64,000 nt of DNA from Winogradskyella sp. (GTDB lineage: Bacteria > Bacteroidota > Bacteroidia > Flavobacteriales > Flavobacteriaceae). The notes below the pieces were generated by a model. It made no database searches and was not told the DNA's origin. It saw nothing but the letters and a program-made list of their open reading frames with translations. Positions 1-9,603 of this stretch are shown here, one piece after another. Positions within the stretch are counted from its first letter, which is position 1; each line of letters starts with the position of its first letter. A program made the translations under genes and the position numbers. The stretch lies in NCBI RefSeq assembly GCF_025210595.1, contig NZ_JAOARH010000048.1, positions 612 to 64,611 on the forward strand, written 5' to 3'.

Positions 1-304
1 TATGCGCATATAAATCTATATCTCCCTGTCTAAAGAAGAAAGGCCTAATATCATCTAAGCCCATGGTATGGTCTGCATGCTCATGCGTAAAGAGAATACC
101 ATCTATTTTAGAAACCTTAGCATTAAGCATCTGTTGCCTAAAATCAGGACCACAATCAATAACATAAGTATACGCATCCCATTCTACTAAAACAGAAACA
201 CGTAATCGTTTGTCCTTTGGGTTTTGACTCAAACAAACAGGATGATCACTGCCAATAATTGGTATTCCTTGAGATGTTCCTGTCCCTAAAAATGTTATTT
301 TCAA
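1..304 (-). CDS. MBL-fold metallo-hydrolase, N-terminal part only (3' end runs off the window start)
   Basis: My own minus-strand translation from TTG at 302-304 reads (M)KITFLGTGTSQGIPIIGSDHPVC...DGILFTHEHADHTMGLDD, which carries the HxHxDH motif. An in-frame stop lies just upstream at 311-313. The ORF is absent from the track because it is truncated. Confidence 0.6.
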   Translation of the reverse strand, partial: MKITFLGTGTSQGIPIIGSDHPVCLSQNPKDKRLRVSVLVEWDAYTYVIDCGPDFRQQMLNAKVSKIDGILFTHEHADHTMGLDDIRPFFFRQGDIDLYAH

Positions 305-340
305 ATGGTACTAAGTTTAAAACAAAAATAAGCTTATTTT

Positions 341-370
341 TTTGTTTGCAACACTAAATTAATACCTTTG
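341..370 (+). promoter_or_regulatory. Bacteroidota-type promoter candidate (-33 TTTG / -7 TAnnTTTG)
   Basis: TTTG at 341-344 and TACCTTTG at 363-370, about 25 nt upstream of the ATG at 396. Confidence 0.4.
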
Positions 371-395
371 CAAAAACGATACAATCCCTATATAG

Positions 396-1847
396 ATGGA
401 AGAAATAACGTATAAAGGCGACTTTGAAATTGAAAATATCCCTTCACTTAAAGACAAGGCCTTACGTATAAACCTCAACAAAGACATTTACGGTACATTT
501 GCAGAGATTGGCGCAGGACAAGAAACTGTACGTCATTTCTTTAGAGCTGGAGGTGCTTCAGGAACCATCGCAAAAGCAATGTCTGCGTACGATAAACTTT
601 TTAGTGATGCTATTTATGGTATTGAAGATGATAAGCGTTATGTGACAGAAGCTAGACTTCGAAAAATGCTAAATCACGAGGTTAATCTAATGGAAGAGCG
701 TATTCCAAGAACCGATAATCCTAATAAGATTTTCTTTTCTTATGCAAATACTGTGGCTACTATAGATTTTGCAAAGAAATACAAAGGACATGGTTGGGTT
801 GGTATCAAATTTCAAGTTGAACCTGAAGGTGAATACAATGAGATTGTTCTTCATATTCGTTTTAAAGAGAATGATGCACGTTTACAGCAAGAAACCCTAG
901 GGAAATTAGGAACAAATCTTGTATATGGTGCGTTTTACAAATACAATCAACCACGTAAATTATTACGTTATTTATACGATCATTTAGATAAAGATCAGTT
1001 AGAAATTGATACTATTAATTTTTCTGGTCCAGTTTTTAAAGATGTAGATAACCGTTTAATGAGTTTACAACTGGTTAAAAACGGTATGACTGATGCCGTA
1101 ATGTTTGCACCAGATGGTAATAATGTTTTGCCTGCTGCTGTACTTTATAAAAAGAATATTTTAACATTAAGAGGTAGTTTTAGACCTGTTACTAAAGTAA
1201 ACATGGATATGTATGAGAAATCATACGAGATGTTTATTAAAGAAAATAAAGTAAATAAAGACAAAACTCAGGTAATCTTTGAAATTACCTTATCTAATTT
1301 ACGTGCTGAAGGAGAAATTGATGAGCAAGACTTTATGGATAGAGCTAAGTTACTGTGTTCATTAGGGCAAACTGTACTGATTTCTAATTTCCAGGAATAT
1401 TATAAATTAGTTGAGTATTTCTCTCAATACACCAAAAATAGAATGGGTCTTGCCATGGGTGTAAATAATCTTGTAGATATTTTTGATGAAAAATATTATC
1501 GCCATTTAAGTGGTGGTATTCTTGAAGCCTTCGGAAAGTTATTCTACAAAGATTTACGTGTCTACCTATACCCTATGCAAAAAGAAGATGGAAGCGTAAC
1601 TACCAGCGAGAATCTTAAAGTTCACCCACGTATGAAAGAACTTTACAAGTTCTTTAAATACAACGGAAAAGTAGTTGATATTACTGATTTTGATACTTCT
1701 AACCTTTCGGTTTTCTCTAGAACTGTATTAAAAATGATTGCTAATAATGAAGATGGTTGGGAACGTATGCTGCCTAAAGGTGTTGCCAAATTAATAAAAG
1801 AAAAGAGTTTGTTTGGTTGCGAATCTGAAGAAGTAATTCATAAATAA
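396..1847 (+). CDS. conserved hypothetical cytoplasmic protein (483 aa), function unknown
   Basis: Long uninterrupted ORF with no signal peptide or TM segment. It is followed by a strong terminator. I do not recognise a defined family. Confidence 0.8.
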   Translation: MEEITYKGDFEIENIPSLKDKALRINLNKDIYGTFAEIGAGQETVRHFFRAGGASGTIAKAMSAYDKLFSDAIYGIEDDKRYVTEARLRKMLNHEVNLMEERIPRTDNPNKIFFSYANTVATIDFAKKYKGHGWVGIKFQVEPEGEYNEIVLHIRFKENDARLQQETLGKLGTNLVYGAFYKYNQPRKLLRYLYDHLDKDQLEIDTINFSGPVFKDVDNRLMSLQLVKNGMTDAVMFAPDGNNVLPAAVLYKKNILTLRGSFRPVTKVNMDMYEKSYEMFIKENKVNKDKTQVIFEITLSNLRAEGEIDEQDFMDRAKLLCSLGQTVLISNFQEYYKLVEYFSQYTKNRMGLAMGVNNLVDIFDEKYYRHLSGGILEAFGKLFYKDLRVYLYPMQKEDGSVTTSENLKVHPRMKELYKFFKYNGKVVDITDFDTSNLSVFSRTVLKMIANNEDGWERMLPKGVAKLIKEKSLFGCESEEVIHK

Positions 1848-1867
1848 CGAATTATAACATCAAATAC

Positions 1868-1903
1868 AAAAAAGACCTTTCAGTTATGAAAGGTCTTTTT
1901 TTT
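1868..1903. terminator. bidirectional rho-independent terminator
   Basis: AAAAAAGACCTTTC-agttat-GAAAGGTCTTTTTTTT lies between convergent genes and overlaps the bcp stop codon. Confidence 0.75.
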
Positions 1904-2357
1904 ACTCGCCTAATATCTGCTCAGTATGTGCTTTAGTCTTAACTTTAATAATTACATCTTTTATAATACCATTTTCATCAATTACAAATGTCGTTCTATG
2001 AATACCATCATACACACGACCCATAAATTTTTTAGGTCCCCAAACACCAAAAGCTTCTATTACTGATTTATCTTCATCTGCTAAAAGTGGATATTGAAAC
2101 CCATATTTATTCTTAAAATTTAATTGTCGCTTTGCACTATCTGCACTCACCCCCAAAATTTCATAACCTTGAGCTTTAAATCGCTCAAAATTATCATTTA
2201 AGTTACAAGCTTCTACTGTGCAACCTGGTGTACTTGCTTTAGGATAGAAAAAAACTACTAGTTTCTTTCCGTGATAATCTGATAATGAAATTGTATTTCC
2301 TTGTTCATCTTTTGCTGAAAAATTAGGTGCCTTATCACCTACTTTTAAATGCGTCAT
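1902..2357 (-). CDS. bcp: thioredoxin-dependent thiol peroxidase (peroxiredoxin, Bcp type)
   Basis: MTHLKVGDKAPNF...FFYPKASTPGCTVEAC carries the peroxidatic Cys motif. I start at the internal Met (cat at 2355-2357) rather than the track start at 2399. Confidence 0.85.
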   Translation of the reverse strand: MTHLKVGDKAPNFSAKDEQGNTISLSDYHGKKLVVFFYPKASTPGCTVEACNLNDNFERFKAQGYEILGVSADSAKRQLNFKNKYGFQYPLLADEDKSVIEAFGVWGPKKFMGRVYDGIHRTTFVIDENGIIKDVIIKVKTKAHTEQILGE

Positions 2358-2391
2358 AATGCTTAAATTTGTTTTTACAAAAATACATGAA

Positions 2392-3048
2392 ATGACCAAG
2401 CAAGAAAAGGTAGCGTTTGTTATAAATACTTTAAGTGAATTATATCCAGAAATTCCAATTCCATTAGATCATAAAGACCCTTATACACTGCTTATTGCAG
2501 TTTTAATGTCTGCACAAAGTACTGATGTTCGCGTTAATCAAATCACTCCACTCCTCTTTGAACGCGCAGACAACCCTTATGATATGATAAAGCTTAGCAT
2601 CGAAGAAATTAGAGAAATTATTAAGCCTGTTGGTTTATCACCTATGAAAAGTAAAGGCATTCATGGATTATCTCATATACTTATTGATCAGCACAATGGT
2701 AAAGTGCCACAAACCTATGAGGAACTAGAAGCCTTACCTGCTGTTGGACACAAAACAGCTGCTGTAGTATTATCGCAAGCTTTTGGAATACCAGCTTTCC
2801 CAGTAGATACACATATACATCGCTTAATGTATCGTTGGAATTTAACAAACGGAAAAAATGTTACTCAAACAGAAAAAGATGCTAAACGTCTTTTTCCTAA
2901 AGAACTATGGAATGATTTACACCTTCAAATTATTTGGTACGGTAGAGAATATTCACCAGCTAGAGGTTGGGATTTAGACAAGGATATCATTACCAAAACT
3001 ATTGGTAGAAAATCTGTTTTAGACGAATATTATAAAAAGAAGAAATAA
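2392..3048 (+). CDS. nth: endonuclease III family DNA glycosylase/lyase (HhH-GPD), variant without Fe-S cluster cysteines
   Basis: LPAVGHKTAAVVL (catalytic Lys) and FPVDTHIHRL (catalytic Asp) are present. The C-terminus has no Cys. Start chosen at MTKQEK. Confidence 0.8.
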   Translation: MTKQEKVAFVINTLSELYPEIPIPLDHKDPYTLLIAVLMSAQSTDVRVNQITPLLFERADNPYDMIKLSIEEIREIIKPVGLSPMKSKGIHGLSHILIDQHNGKVPQTYEELEALPAVGHKTAAVVLSQAFGIPAFPVDTHIHRLMYRWNLTNGKNVTQTEKDAKRLFPKELWNDLHLQIIWYGREYSPARGWDLDKDIITKTIGRKSVLDEYYKKKK

Positions 3049-3095
3049 TAAGTTATTGGTATAGTTGTTGATACTTTTTCAAAAACTATCCATCA

Positions 3096-3614
3096 ATGAA
3101 AAGATTATTATTTGGGTTGCTCTTTATAAGCTTATCATCTTGTATTACCATAAGAAAAGCTCCCAAAATTACAACTCATAAAATATCTACTGCAAAAAAG
3201 TTTCAACGCAAATTCCCTAAGGAAAAAGCTTTTATTTTTGAAGATCCAAAAAATGCAGATGAATTCTATCATTTTATAAATACTAAGTTTAAACTAAATG
3301 ATATAGACGTTGGTTTTGATGTTCCAATAACCATTAATAATAAAACCTATTATTTCACCTACTATGAGGCCGAAATACCAGATAAAAAATTTAATTTATT
3401 AGGTCTAGCCGTTGATGCTACACTTAAAGTAAAAGGTATGGATCCTTTGTTTGATGAAGGCTATGTAAAACGTAATGGACATTGGTATATTGCAATAACA
3501 GTATACGATGAAGAAAACAAAAATTGTTTAAAATCTAAATACCCAAACCGCAAAGCAATATTAGATTACCTAAGACTATTACATAATGAATATTTGCATA
3601 GTCCAACATATTAA
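3096..3614 (+). CDS. hypothetical lipoprotein
   Basis: Signal peptide with lipobox-like LSSC (MKRLLFGLLFISLSSC). No recognisable domain. Confidence 0.6.
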   Translation: MKRLLFGLLFISLSSCITIRKAPKITTHKISTAKKFQRKFPKEKAFIFEDPKNADEFYHFINTKFKLNDIDVGFDVPITINNKTYYFTYYEAEIPDKKFNLLGLAVDATLKVKGMDPLFDEGYVKRNGHWYIAITVYDEENKNCLKSKYPNRKAILDYLRLLHNEYLHSPTY

Positions 3615-3615
3615 A

Positions 3616-3652
3616 CAAAAAAATCCTGATTTTTCAATCAGGATCTCTTATT
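3616..3652. terminator. hairpin terminator (probably bidirectional)
   Basis: AAAAAAA-ATCCTGAT-ttttca-ATCAGGAT-ctcttattt. The minus-strand reading gives a clean U-run. Confidence 0.6.
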
Positions 3653-3656
3653 TAAT

Positions 3657-3800
3657 TTAATTCTGAAGTGCTTCAAACTTCAATTTATTATAATTTATAA
3701 CACTTAAAGCCTTTGAGTAATTCAAAAGAAAACGTATTGTTTCATCTTTTGGTTTTAGGTTATTATTTTTTGGGGAAGCGCTAGAGTAAATATTTGCCAT
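3657..3800 (-). CDS. small hypothetical protein (47 aa) immediately downstream of the ECF sigma gene
   Basis: My own translation reads MANIYSSASPKNNNLKPKDETIRFLLNYSKALSVINYNKLKFEALQN. It is below the track size cutoff and lies between the sigma gene stop and the terminator hairpin. Confidence 0.3.
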   Translation of the reverse strand: MANIYSSASPKNNNLKPKDETIRFLLNYSKALSVINYNKLKFEALQN

Positions 3801-3858
3801 ATTTATAATTTATAGTTGATAGTATGACAATAACGTACTTACATAATCTTTTATTGCA

Positions 3859-4443
3859 TCAATTTGTTAAAATAATATTATTCTGCTCTATCACCTTGCG
3901 CATATTAATAAGCGCATAACGCATTCTTCCTAATGCAGTATTGATACTAACTCCTGTTCGCTCAGAGATTTCTTTAAAACTCATATCCTGATACATACGC
4001 ATCAATAAGACTTGCTTTTGGTCTTCTGGAAGTTCTTCTATAACACGTCTTACATCAGATTCTACCTGAGTTTTAATCATGCTTTTCTCAGCATTTAAAC
4101 TAGAATCGCTTAAAACAGAAAAAATACTAAACTCACCTGCATTATCAAACTTAGGCATACGACTATTTTTTCTAAAATAATCAATAACTAAGTTATGTGC
4201 TATACGCATTACCCAAGGTAAAAACTTACCTTCTTCGTTATATTTTCCTCGTTTTAATGTTCTAATAACTTTAATAAAGGTATCTTGAAAAACATCTTCC
4301 GTTACATCTCTATCATAAACTTTAGAATAGATAAAGCTATAAATCTTTTGTTTGTGCCTTTCTATTAAAACTGATAATGCACTTTCATCTCCTCTAATGT
4401 AATTGCTGACTAACTCTGAGTCTTGGATAAGTTCTGATTTCAT
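3859..4443 (-). CDS. RNA polymerase sigma factor, sigma-70 ECF subfamily
   Basis: Region 2 (FQDTFIKVIR...PWVMRIAHNLVIDYFRK) and region 4 HTH (MSFKEISERTGVSINTALGRMRYA) are present. Start taken at MKSELIQ. Confidence 0.85.
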   Translation of the reverse strand: MKSELIQDSELVSNYIRGDESALSVLIERHKQKIYSFIYSKVYDRDVTEDVFQDTFIKVIRTLKRGKYNEEGKFLPWVMRIAHNLVIDYFRKNSRMPKFDNAGEFSIFSVLSDSSLNAEKSMIKTQVESDVRRVIEELPEDQKQVLLMRMYQDMSFKEISERTGVSINTALGRMRYALINMRKVIEQNNIILTN

Positions 4444-4642
4444 AATATTACTCTTATTAGTAAGAAGCGAACTTCTTAGCAAGGGGTTAAAGTTTTATAA
4501 AGTAATATTATGCTATAAGCAGAGTTTTTTGAATGAATATGTGGTAAATATAACAACATTCATTCCGAAAAAACAAAAATAATGACCAAATTTTAACATT
4601 TTATCTGTTATTAATGCATTTTATAAGCTTAAATACTTTAGG

Positions 4643-4650
4643 TATCTTTG
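4643..4650 (+). promoter_or_regulatory. -7 box TAnnTTTG upstream of uvrA
   Basis: TATCTTTG lies 24 nt upstream of the ATG at 4675. Confidence 0.4.
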
Positions 4651-4674
4651 CAAAATTATATCTGCAACAATCTT

Positions 4675-7464
4675 ATGAATACTACTATTTTAGACGTAAA
4701 TCCTAAAGAAAACATCATTATTAAAGGCGCAAAATTGCATAACCTCAAAAATATAGATGTTATAATTCCTAGGAATAAATTAGTAGTTATTACAGGATTA
4801 TCTGGCTCAGGAAAATCGAGTCTAGCCTTTGATACGCTATATGCAGAAGGTCAAAGACGTTATGTAGAAAGTCTATCGAGTTATGCACGTCAATTCTTAG
4901 GAAGGCTTAACAAGCCTAAAGTAGATTATATAAAAGGTATTGCACCAGCAATTGCTATTGAACAAAAGGTAAATTCTACCAATCCTCGTTCTACAGTTGG
5001 TACAACAACAGAGATTTATGATTATTTAAAATTACTATTTGCTAGAATTGGTAAAACCTACTCACCTATTTCTGGTGAAGAAGTGAAAAAACACACAGTC
5101 ACAGATGTAATAGAACATATCTCAAAATTTGATGAAGGCTCAAAGCTCTTGCTGTTATCTCCAATTTCGCTTGAAGAAGGAAGAACTCTAGAAAATAAGC
5201 TTCAAACGCTTTTGCAGCAAGGCTATGCTAGAGTTAAGCACAACAATGAAGTTTTAAGGATTGATGATGTCATAAAGCAAAACATTACATCAGATAAAGG
5301 ATTGTTCTTGGTTGTAGATAGAATTATTTATAAAGACGATGAAGATTTTCTTAACCGATTAGCTGATGCCATAGAAACTGCTTTCTTTGAAGGAGTTGGT
5401 TCTTGTATTATAGAATCACTTTCAGATAGTAAACAAACTCTTTTTAACAATAAGTTTGAATTAGATGGCTTAACTTTTTTAGAACCTAATTCGCACTTAT
5501 TTAGTTTTAATAACCCTTATGGTGCTTGCCCTAAATGTGAAGGCTATGGAGATGTCATAGGCATAGACGAAGATTTAGTTATTCCAAACACAGCACTTTC
5601 TATATATGAAAATGCAATTTTTCCTTGGCGAGGTGAAAGCATGAGTTGGTATAGAGATCAATTGGTTAATAATTCTCATAAATTCGACTTTCCCATACAC
5701 AAACCCTTTTTTCAGTTAAGTGACGAACATAAAACCTTAATATGGAAAGGAAATGAATACTTTGAAGGTTTAAACAGTTTCTTTAATGAGCTAGAATCTA
5801 AAGCCTATAAAATTCAGAATCGCGTAATGCTATCTCGCTATCGTGGTAAAACTAAATGTAGTGTTTGCCAAGGAAAACGATTACGAGAAGAAGCTAGCTA
5901 TGTTAAAATTAATGGTTCTACAATATTAGATTTGGTAGATCTACCTCTAAATGAACTTACTGTTTTTTTTGAAAAATTAGAATTAAACCCATATGATGTT
6001 AAAATAGCTAAGCGTTTATTGACCGAAATTAACACACGTTTAGAATTTCTATCTAATGTTGGGTTGAATTATTTAACCTTAAACAGACGTTCAAATACCT
6101 TGTCTGGCGGTGAAAGTCAACGCATAAACTTAGCAACATCTTTAGGAAGTAGCCTTGTAGGCTCTATGTACATTTTAGACGAACCAAGTATTGGTTTACA
6201 TCCTAAGGATACTGAGCGTTTAATTAATGTTTTAAAATCTTTACGCGATTTAGGCAACACAGTTATTGTTGTAGAGCACGATGAAGATATAATGCGAGCT
6301 GCAGACGAAATTATAGATATTGGCCCTGAAGCTGGTACTTTTGGAGGTAATGTTGTTGCTACAGGTGGATTTAAAAATATTTTAGTTTCCGATACGTTAA
6401 CAGCAAAATACCTTAATGGCCAGCTAGAGATTAAAGTACCTGAAAAACGAAGAACTTCAAAATACCATATCGATATTATAGGAGCTCGCGAAAACAACTT
6501 AAAAAATATTGATGTAACTTTCCCTCTAGAAATGTTAACTGTTATTACAGGTGTTTCTGGTAGTGGTAAAAGTACATTAGTTAAAAAGATTTTGTTTCCT
6601 TCAATTCAAAAGAAACTAACCGGTTTTAGTGATAAAGCAGGTCAGTTTACAGAAATGAAAGGTAATTTTAGCAATGTGCAACATGTAGAGTTTGTAGATC
6701 AAAACCCTATTGGTCGTTCTTCGCGTTCTAATCCAGTCACTTATGTAAAAGCTTATGATGACATTAGAGCACTATTCTCTTCTCAAAAGCTTAGTAAGAT
6801 TAGAAACTATGCTGCAAAACACTTTAGTTTTAATGTAGATGGTGGACGTTGCGAAACCTGTAAAGGCGAAGGAGAAGTGACTATTGAGATGCAATTTATG
6901 GCAGATGTTCATTTAACCTGCGATACCTGTGGTGGAAAACGATTTAAAAAAGAAGTCTTAGAAGTTACTTTTGAAGGTAAATCTATTGATGATATTCTTA
7001 ATATGACCATTGATAATGCCATTGAATTCTTTTCAACGCATAAACAAACTAAAATTCAGAATAAATTACAACCTTTACAAGATGTGGGCTTAGGCTATGT
7101 TACTTTAGGGCAGTCCTCTTCTACCCTTTCTGGTGGTGAAGCGCAACGTATTAAGCTCGCTACATTCTTAGGTAAAGGCAGTAAAAGGGACAATGCGCTT
7201 TTTATTTTTGATGAACCAACAACTGGTTTGCATTTTCATGACATACAAAAACTACTAAAGTCTTTTAACGCTCTTATTGCTAAAGGACATTCTATTATTG
7301 TTATTGAGCATAATGTTGATTTAATTAAATGTGCAGATTATATCATTGATTTAGGTCCAGAAGGCGGAAAACAAGGTGGTAACCTTGTAGCATCTGGCAC
7401 GCCAGAACAAATAGCTTCTGATAAAAACTCTGTTACTGGGAAATATCTTCAAGGAAAGTTATAG
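4675..7464 (+). CDS. uvrA: excinuclease ABC subunit A
   Basis: Two ABC ATPase modules ([23 protein letters not shown]; LSGGE signatures) and zinc-finger CxxC pairs. Start at MNTTILDV. Confidence 0.95.
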   Translation: MNTTILDVNPKENIIIKGAKLHNLKNIDVIIPRNKLVVITGLSGSGKSSLAFDTLYAEGQRRYVESLSSYARQFLGRLNKPKVDYIKGIAPAIAIEQKVNSTNPRSTVGTTTEIYDYLKLLFARIGKTYSPISGEEVKKHTVTDVIEHISKFDEGSKLLLLSPISLEEGRTLENKLQTLLQQGYARVKHNNEVLRIDDVIKQNITSDKGLFLVVDRIIYKDDEDFLNRLADAIETAFFEGVGSCIIESLSDSKQTLFNNKFELDGLTFLEPNSHLFSFNNPYGACPKCEGYGDVIGIDEDLVIPNTALSIYENAIFPWRGESMSWYRDQLVNNSHKFDFPIHKPFFQLSDEHKTLIWKGNEYFEGLNSFFNELESKAYKIQNRVMLSRYRGKTKCSVCQGKRLREEASYVKINGSTILDLVDLPLNELTVFFEKLELNPYDVKIAKRLLTEINTRLEFLSNVGLNYLTLNRRSNTLSGGESQRINLATSLGSSLVGSMYILDEPSIGLHPKDTERLINVLKSLRDLGNTVIVVEHDEDIMRAADEIIDIGPEAGTFGGNVVATGGFKNILVSDTLTAKYLNGQLEIKVPEKRRTSKYHIDIIGARENNLKNIDVTFPLEMLTVITGVSGSGKSTLVKKILFPSIQKKLTGFSDKAGQFTEMKGNFSNVQHVEFVDQNPIGRSSRSNPVTYVKAYDDIRALFSSQKLSKIRNYAAKHFSFNVDGGRCETCKGEGEVTIEMQFMADVHLTCDTCGGKRFKKEVLEVTFEGKSIDDILNMTIDNAIEFFSTHKQTKIQNKLQPLQDVGLGYVTLGQSSSTLSGGEAQRIKLATFLGKGSKRDNALFIFDEPTTGLHFHDIQKLLKSFNALIAKGHSIIVIEHNVDLIKCADYIIDLGPEGGKQGGNLVASGTPEQIASDKNSVTGKYLQGKL

Positions 7465-7465
7465 T

Positions 7466-8539
7466 CTAATAAAACAAAAACGAAATAAACCCTAAAATCG
7501 TAAAGGACAACGGTAAAACAAAAAGCAAAAACAAAAAACTTACGACACCACTTTTTATAAAGCTTAAAAACCAGTTTTGCTTATAAAATTTAATGATTGC
7601 TATTAATAAATAAAAGAATGTAGATAGCGCTATAAGCCAATCTATCCCATCTGGTATTTCCCAAAATCTATTGATACCAAAAATGATACTAAATACCACG
7701 AATAGAAATGAAAAATAGTAAAAGCTAAACACAAGATGATGCGCATACCTCCCTTTATTAAAAAAGAATAGCTTTAAAAGAAAAGCAAATATCGGCAGCA
7801 AAAAAAACATCGCCAACGGAATACTATCAATAAACGTCTGCATAATCTGGCCCAATCCCATAGATTTATAAAACTTTAAGCCTTGAGCATAGAATTTTCT
7901 GGTAAAATATCCTGCATCTTCTTCCATACCTAAGTGTTTATATATTTCCTCATCAGATGCACCAGAAGCAATTAAAGAATCCATCTCTCTTTCATTAAAA
8001 GTAAAAGATGAACCAATATTATTTTTCGGGATTTTAATATTAGATATTGAGTCTAACGTTTTCAAATCCTTTTCATCTAAACCAATTGTAACTCTATTGT
8101 CTTTTAAAGGTTTTACAAAATTATCTATTGCTATAGAATCTTGTGAAATGCTATCTTTAACATTAGCTCTCTCTTTTCGGTCAGCCAATACGCGCTCCAT
8201 ATTTTTATCGAGTTCTGCTCTACCTTCTCTTACGTAAAAATTAAAAATAAAAAAGAAGATAACTGCCACAAAAAGATACATCTGCGCAGGATGCAAATAC
8301 AACAAACGCTTCCCTTTAACAAACTCTTTAGCTAAATAACCTGGTTTGAACATTAAAGGAATAAAACTCTTTAAAAAACGAGCATCAAAAGAAAAATAAT
8401 TACTTATGGTATTATAAAAAAGTACACCAATAGTTAACTCATCATTGGTTTTTTGTCCGCAATGTGGACAGAATTTAAAACCACTATCAAACGGTTGTTC
8501 ACAATTTTGGCAAGAATCTTTGTTGGTGTTAGCGCTCAT
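7466..8539 (-). CDS. DUF3667-type membrane protein with N-terminal zinc ribbon
   Basis: CQNCEQPF...FCPHCGQK is followed by several TM helices. Confidence 0.7.
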   Translation of the reverse strand: MSANTNKDSCQNCEQPFDSGFKFCPHCGQKTNDELTIGVLFYNTISNYFSFDARFLKSFIPLMFKPGYLAKEFVKGKRLLYLHPAQMYLFVAVIFFFIFNFYVREGRAELDKNMERVLADRKERANVKDSISQDSIAIDNFVKPLKDNRVTIGLDEKDLKTLDSISNIKIPKNNIGSSFTFNEREMDSLIASGASDEEIYKHLGMEEDAGYFTRKFYAQGLKFYKSMGLGQIMQTFIDSIPLAMFFLLPIFAFLLKLFFFNKGRYAHHLVFSFYYFSFLFVVFSIIFGINRFWEIPDGIDWLIALSTFFYLLIAIIKFYKQNWFLSFIKSGVVSFLFLLFVLPLSFTILGFISFLFY

Positions 8540-8679
8540 ATATAATGGTTAATCAACATTAAAATTAATGAAATTAATCATAAATAAGTTTAATTATCTG
8601 AAGATCTAAAAACAACAATGTTACAAAGTAACCTTATTAAAACACACTAATCCTCTACATATAAACCACTTAACAATCT

Positions 8680-8694
8680 TGGCACGCTAATTGG
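8680..8694 (+). promoter_or_regulatory. sigma-54-like -24/-12 element (TGGCAC-N5-TTGG)
   Basis: TTGGCACGCTAATTGGTTTT lies 78 nt upstream of the ATG at 8772. The -12 element deviates from the TTGC consensus. Confidence 0.4.
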
Positions 8695-8771
8695 TTTTCC
8701 TAAAAATATTAGCGTAAACCCAAAAGTTCTAAACGAGTTAGCAACTGGGTAAATCTAAAAACCTATACATT

Positions 8772-9410
8772 ATGAGAAGTAAACTACTTTTTATGGCAAT
8801 GGTGTTAGTAGGACTAACATCTGCCACAGCGACAACAGCAGGAGATGCTGTTTTAGATGGGGAAGATTTAAACCAAAAACGTTATCGTTTTACACAACCA
8901 ATAGAGTTTGTAGAACGTGGTGTAGAATTCTTAATCTTTCCGGATGGAAGCTTCGATTTTAATACCGAAGTGTTTCCTACAGAACCAGATAATGATAATT
9001 ACTACTACAGACGTAACAGACGTAGTACAAACCGAACTTACGGAGCTCCAGGCACAAGATACCATCATGGAAATAGAGGTGTTCTCATTAGACATGATAG
9101 ACAAGGTCGTATAAGACGTATTGGAAACGTATTTATTAACTACGATAGACAAGGCAGAATAAAACGAGCTGGATCAGTATATATGAGTTACAGACGAGGG
9201 CAGTTAAGACAAGTTGGAGGGTTACGTATTATTTATAACAGATACGGAGACGTTATTGGAACAAGAGGTTTTGTAAACTTCAACAATCAAGGAAATGGCT
9301 TCCCTTCTAACCAATTTGATTCTGACTATTATGATAACGACTGGAATGATGATTATTACTACTATCGAAAAAATGGTGAAGTAAAAAAGCATAAAAAAAT
9401 AAAATCATAG
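8772..9410 (+). CDS. secreted hypothetical protein with four short YD-like repeats (paralog 1)
   Basis: Signal peptide. Repeats: VLIRHDRQGRIRRIGN / VFINYDRQGRIKRAGS / VYMSYRRGQLRQVGG / LRIIYNRYGDVIGTRG. Tyr/Asp-rich end with a short Lys tail. Confidence 0.75.
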   Translation: MRSKLLFMAMVLVGLTSATATTAGDAVLDGEDLNQKRYRFTQPIEFVERGVEFLIFPDGSFDFNTEVFPTEPDNDNYYYRRNRRSTNRTYGAPGTRYHHGNRGVLIRHDRQGRIRRIGNVFINYDRQGRIKRAGSVYMSYRRGQLRQVGGLRIIYNRYGDVIGTRGFVNFNNQGNGFPSNQFDSDYYDNDWNDDYYYYRKNGEVKKHKKIKS

Positions 9411-9446
9411 ATATCACATTGATTTTATAACTATTTAATGGATTTA

Positions 9447-9481
9447 AAACCCTGAATTTTTCCTCAAATAATTCAGGGTTT
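9447..9481 (+). terminator. hairpin terminator after paralog 1
   Basis: AAACCCTGAATT-tttcctcaaat-AATTCAGGGTTT. The downstream T-run is weak. Confidence 0.5.
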
Positions 9482-9551
9482 ATATTCTCATAAACCAACC
9501 ACTTATTCGCAAACCTCTACTAGTCAATAATTAATAATCGAAAATATTTTT

Positions 9552-9566
9552 TGGCACACTGTTTGT
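9552..9566 (+). promoter_or_regulatory. sigma-54-like -24/-12 element (TGGCAC-N5-TTGT)
   Basis: TTGGCACACTGTTTGTTTTA lies 38 nt upstream of the ATG at 9604 and has the same architecture as 8680-8694. Confidence 0.4.
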
Positions 9567-9603
9567 TTTATATTAATCGAGTTTAATTTTAAAACCTTTA
9601 TCT

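Noticed and set aside
2358-2399. N-terminal extensions given by the track for bcp (to 2399), nth (from 2359), the ECF sigma (to 4482), uvrA (from 4648), the beta-barrel gene (TTG 16803) and the HAD gene (to 45464)
   Set aside because: The extensions overlap the divergent neighbour or the promoter boxes and add non-conserved-looking residues. Internal Met starts give N-termini typical of each family.
4531-4565. Hairpin GAATGAAT...ATTCATTC flanked by T- and A-runs in the divergent sigma/uvrA promoter region
   Set aside because: It looks like a bidirectional terminator but lies between divergently transcribed genes. The stem is short, AT-rich and interrupted. I cannot support a function from sequence alone.
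6117-6497. 126-aa minus-strand ORF inside uvrA
   Set aside because: It is entirely antisense to a highly conserved uvrA segment and has low-complexity Ser/Pro/Ile content, so it is a shadow ORF.
8931-9498. Minus-strand ORFs 8931..9152 and 9307..9498
   Set aside because: They are antisense to, or overlap the end of, paralog 1 and its terminator. They have no start context and are composition artefacts of Tyr/Asn/Arg-rich coding.
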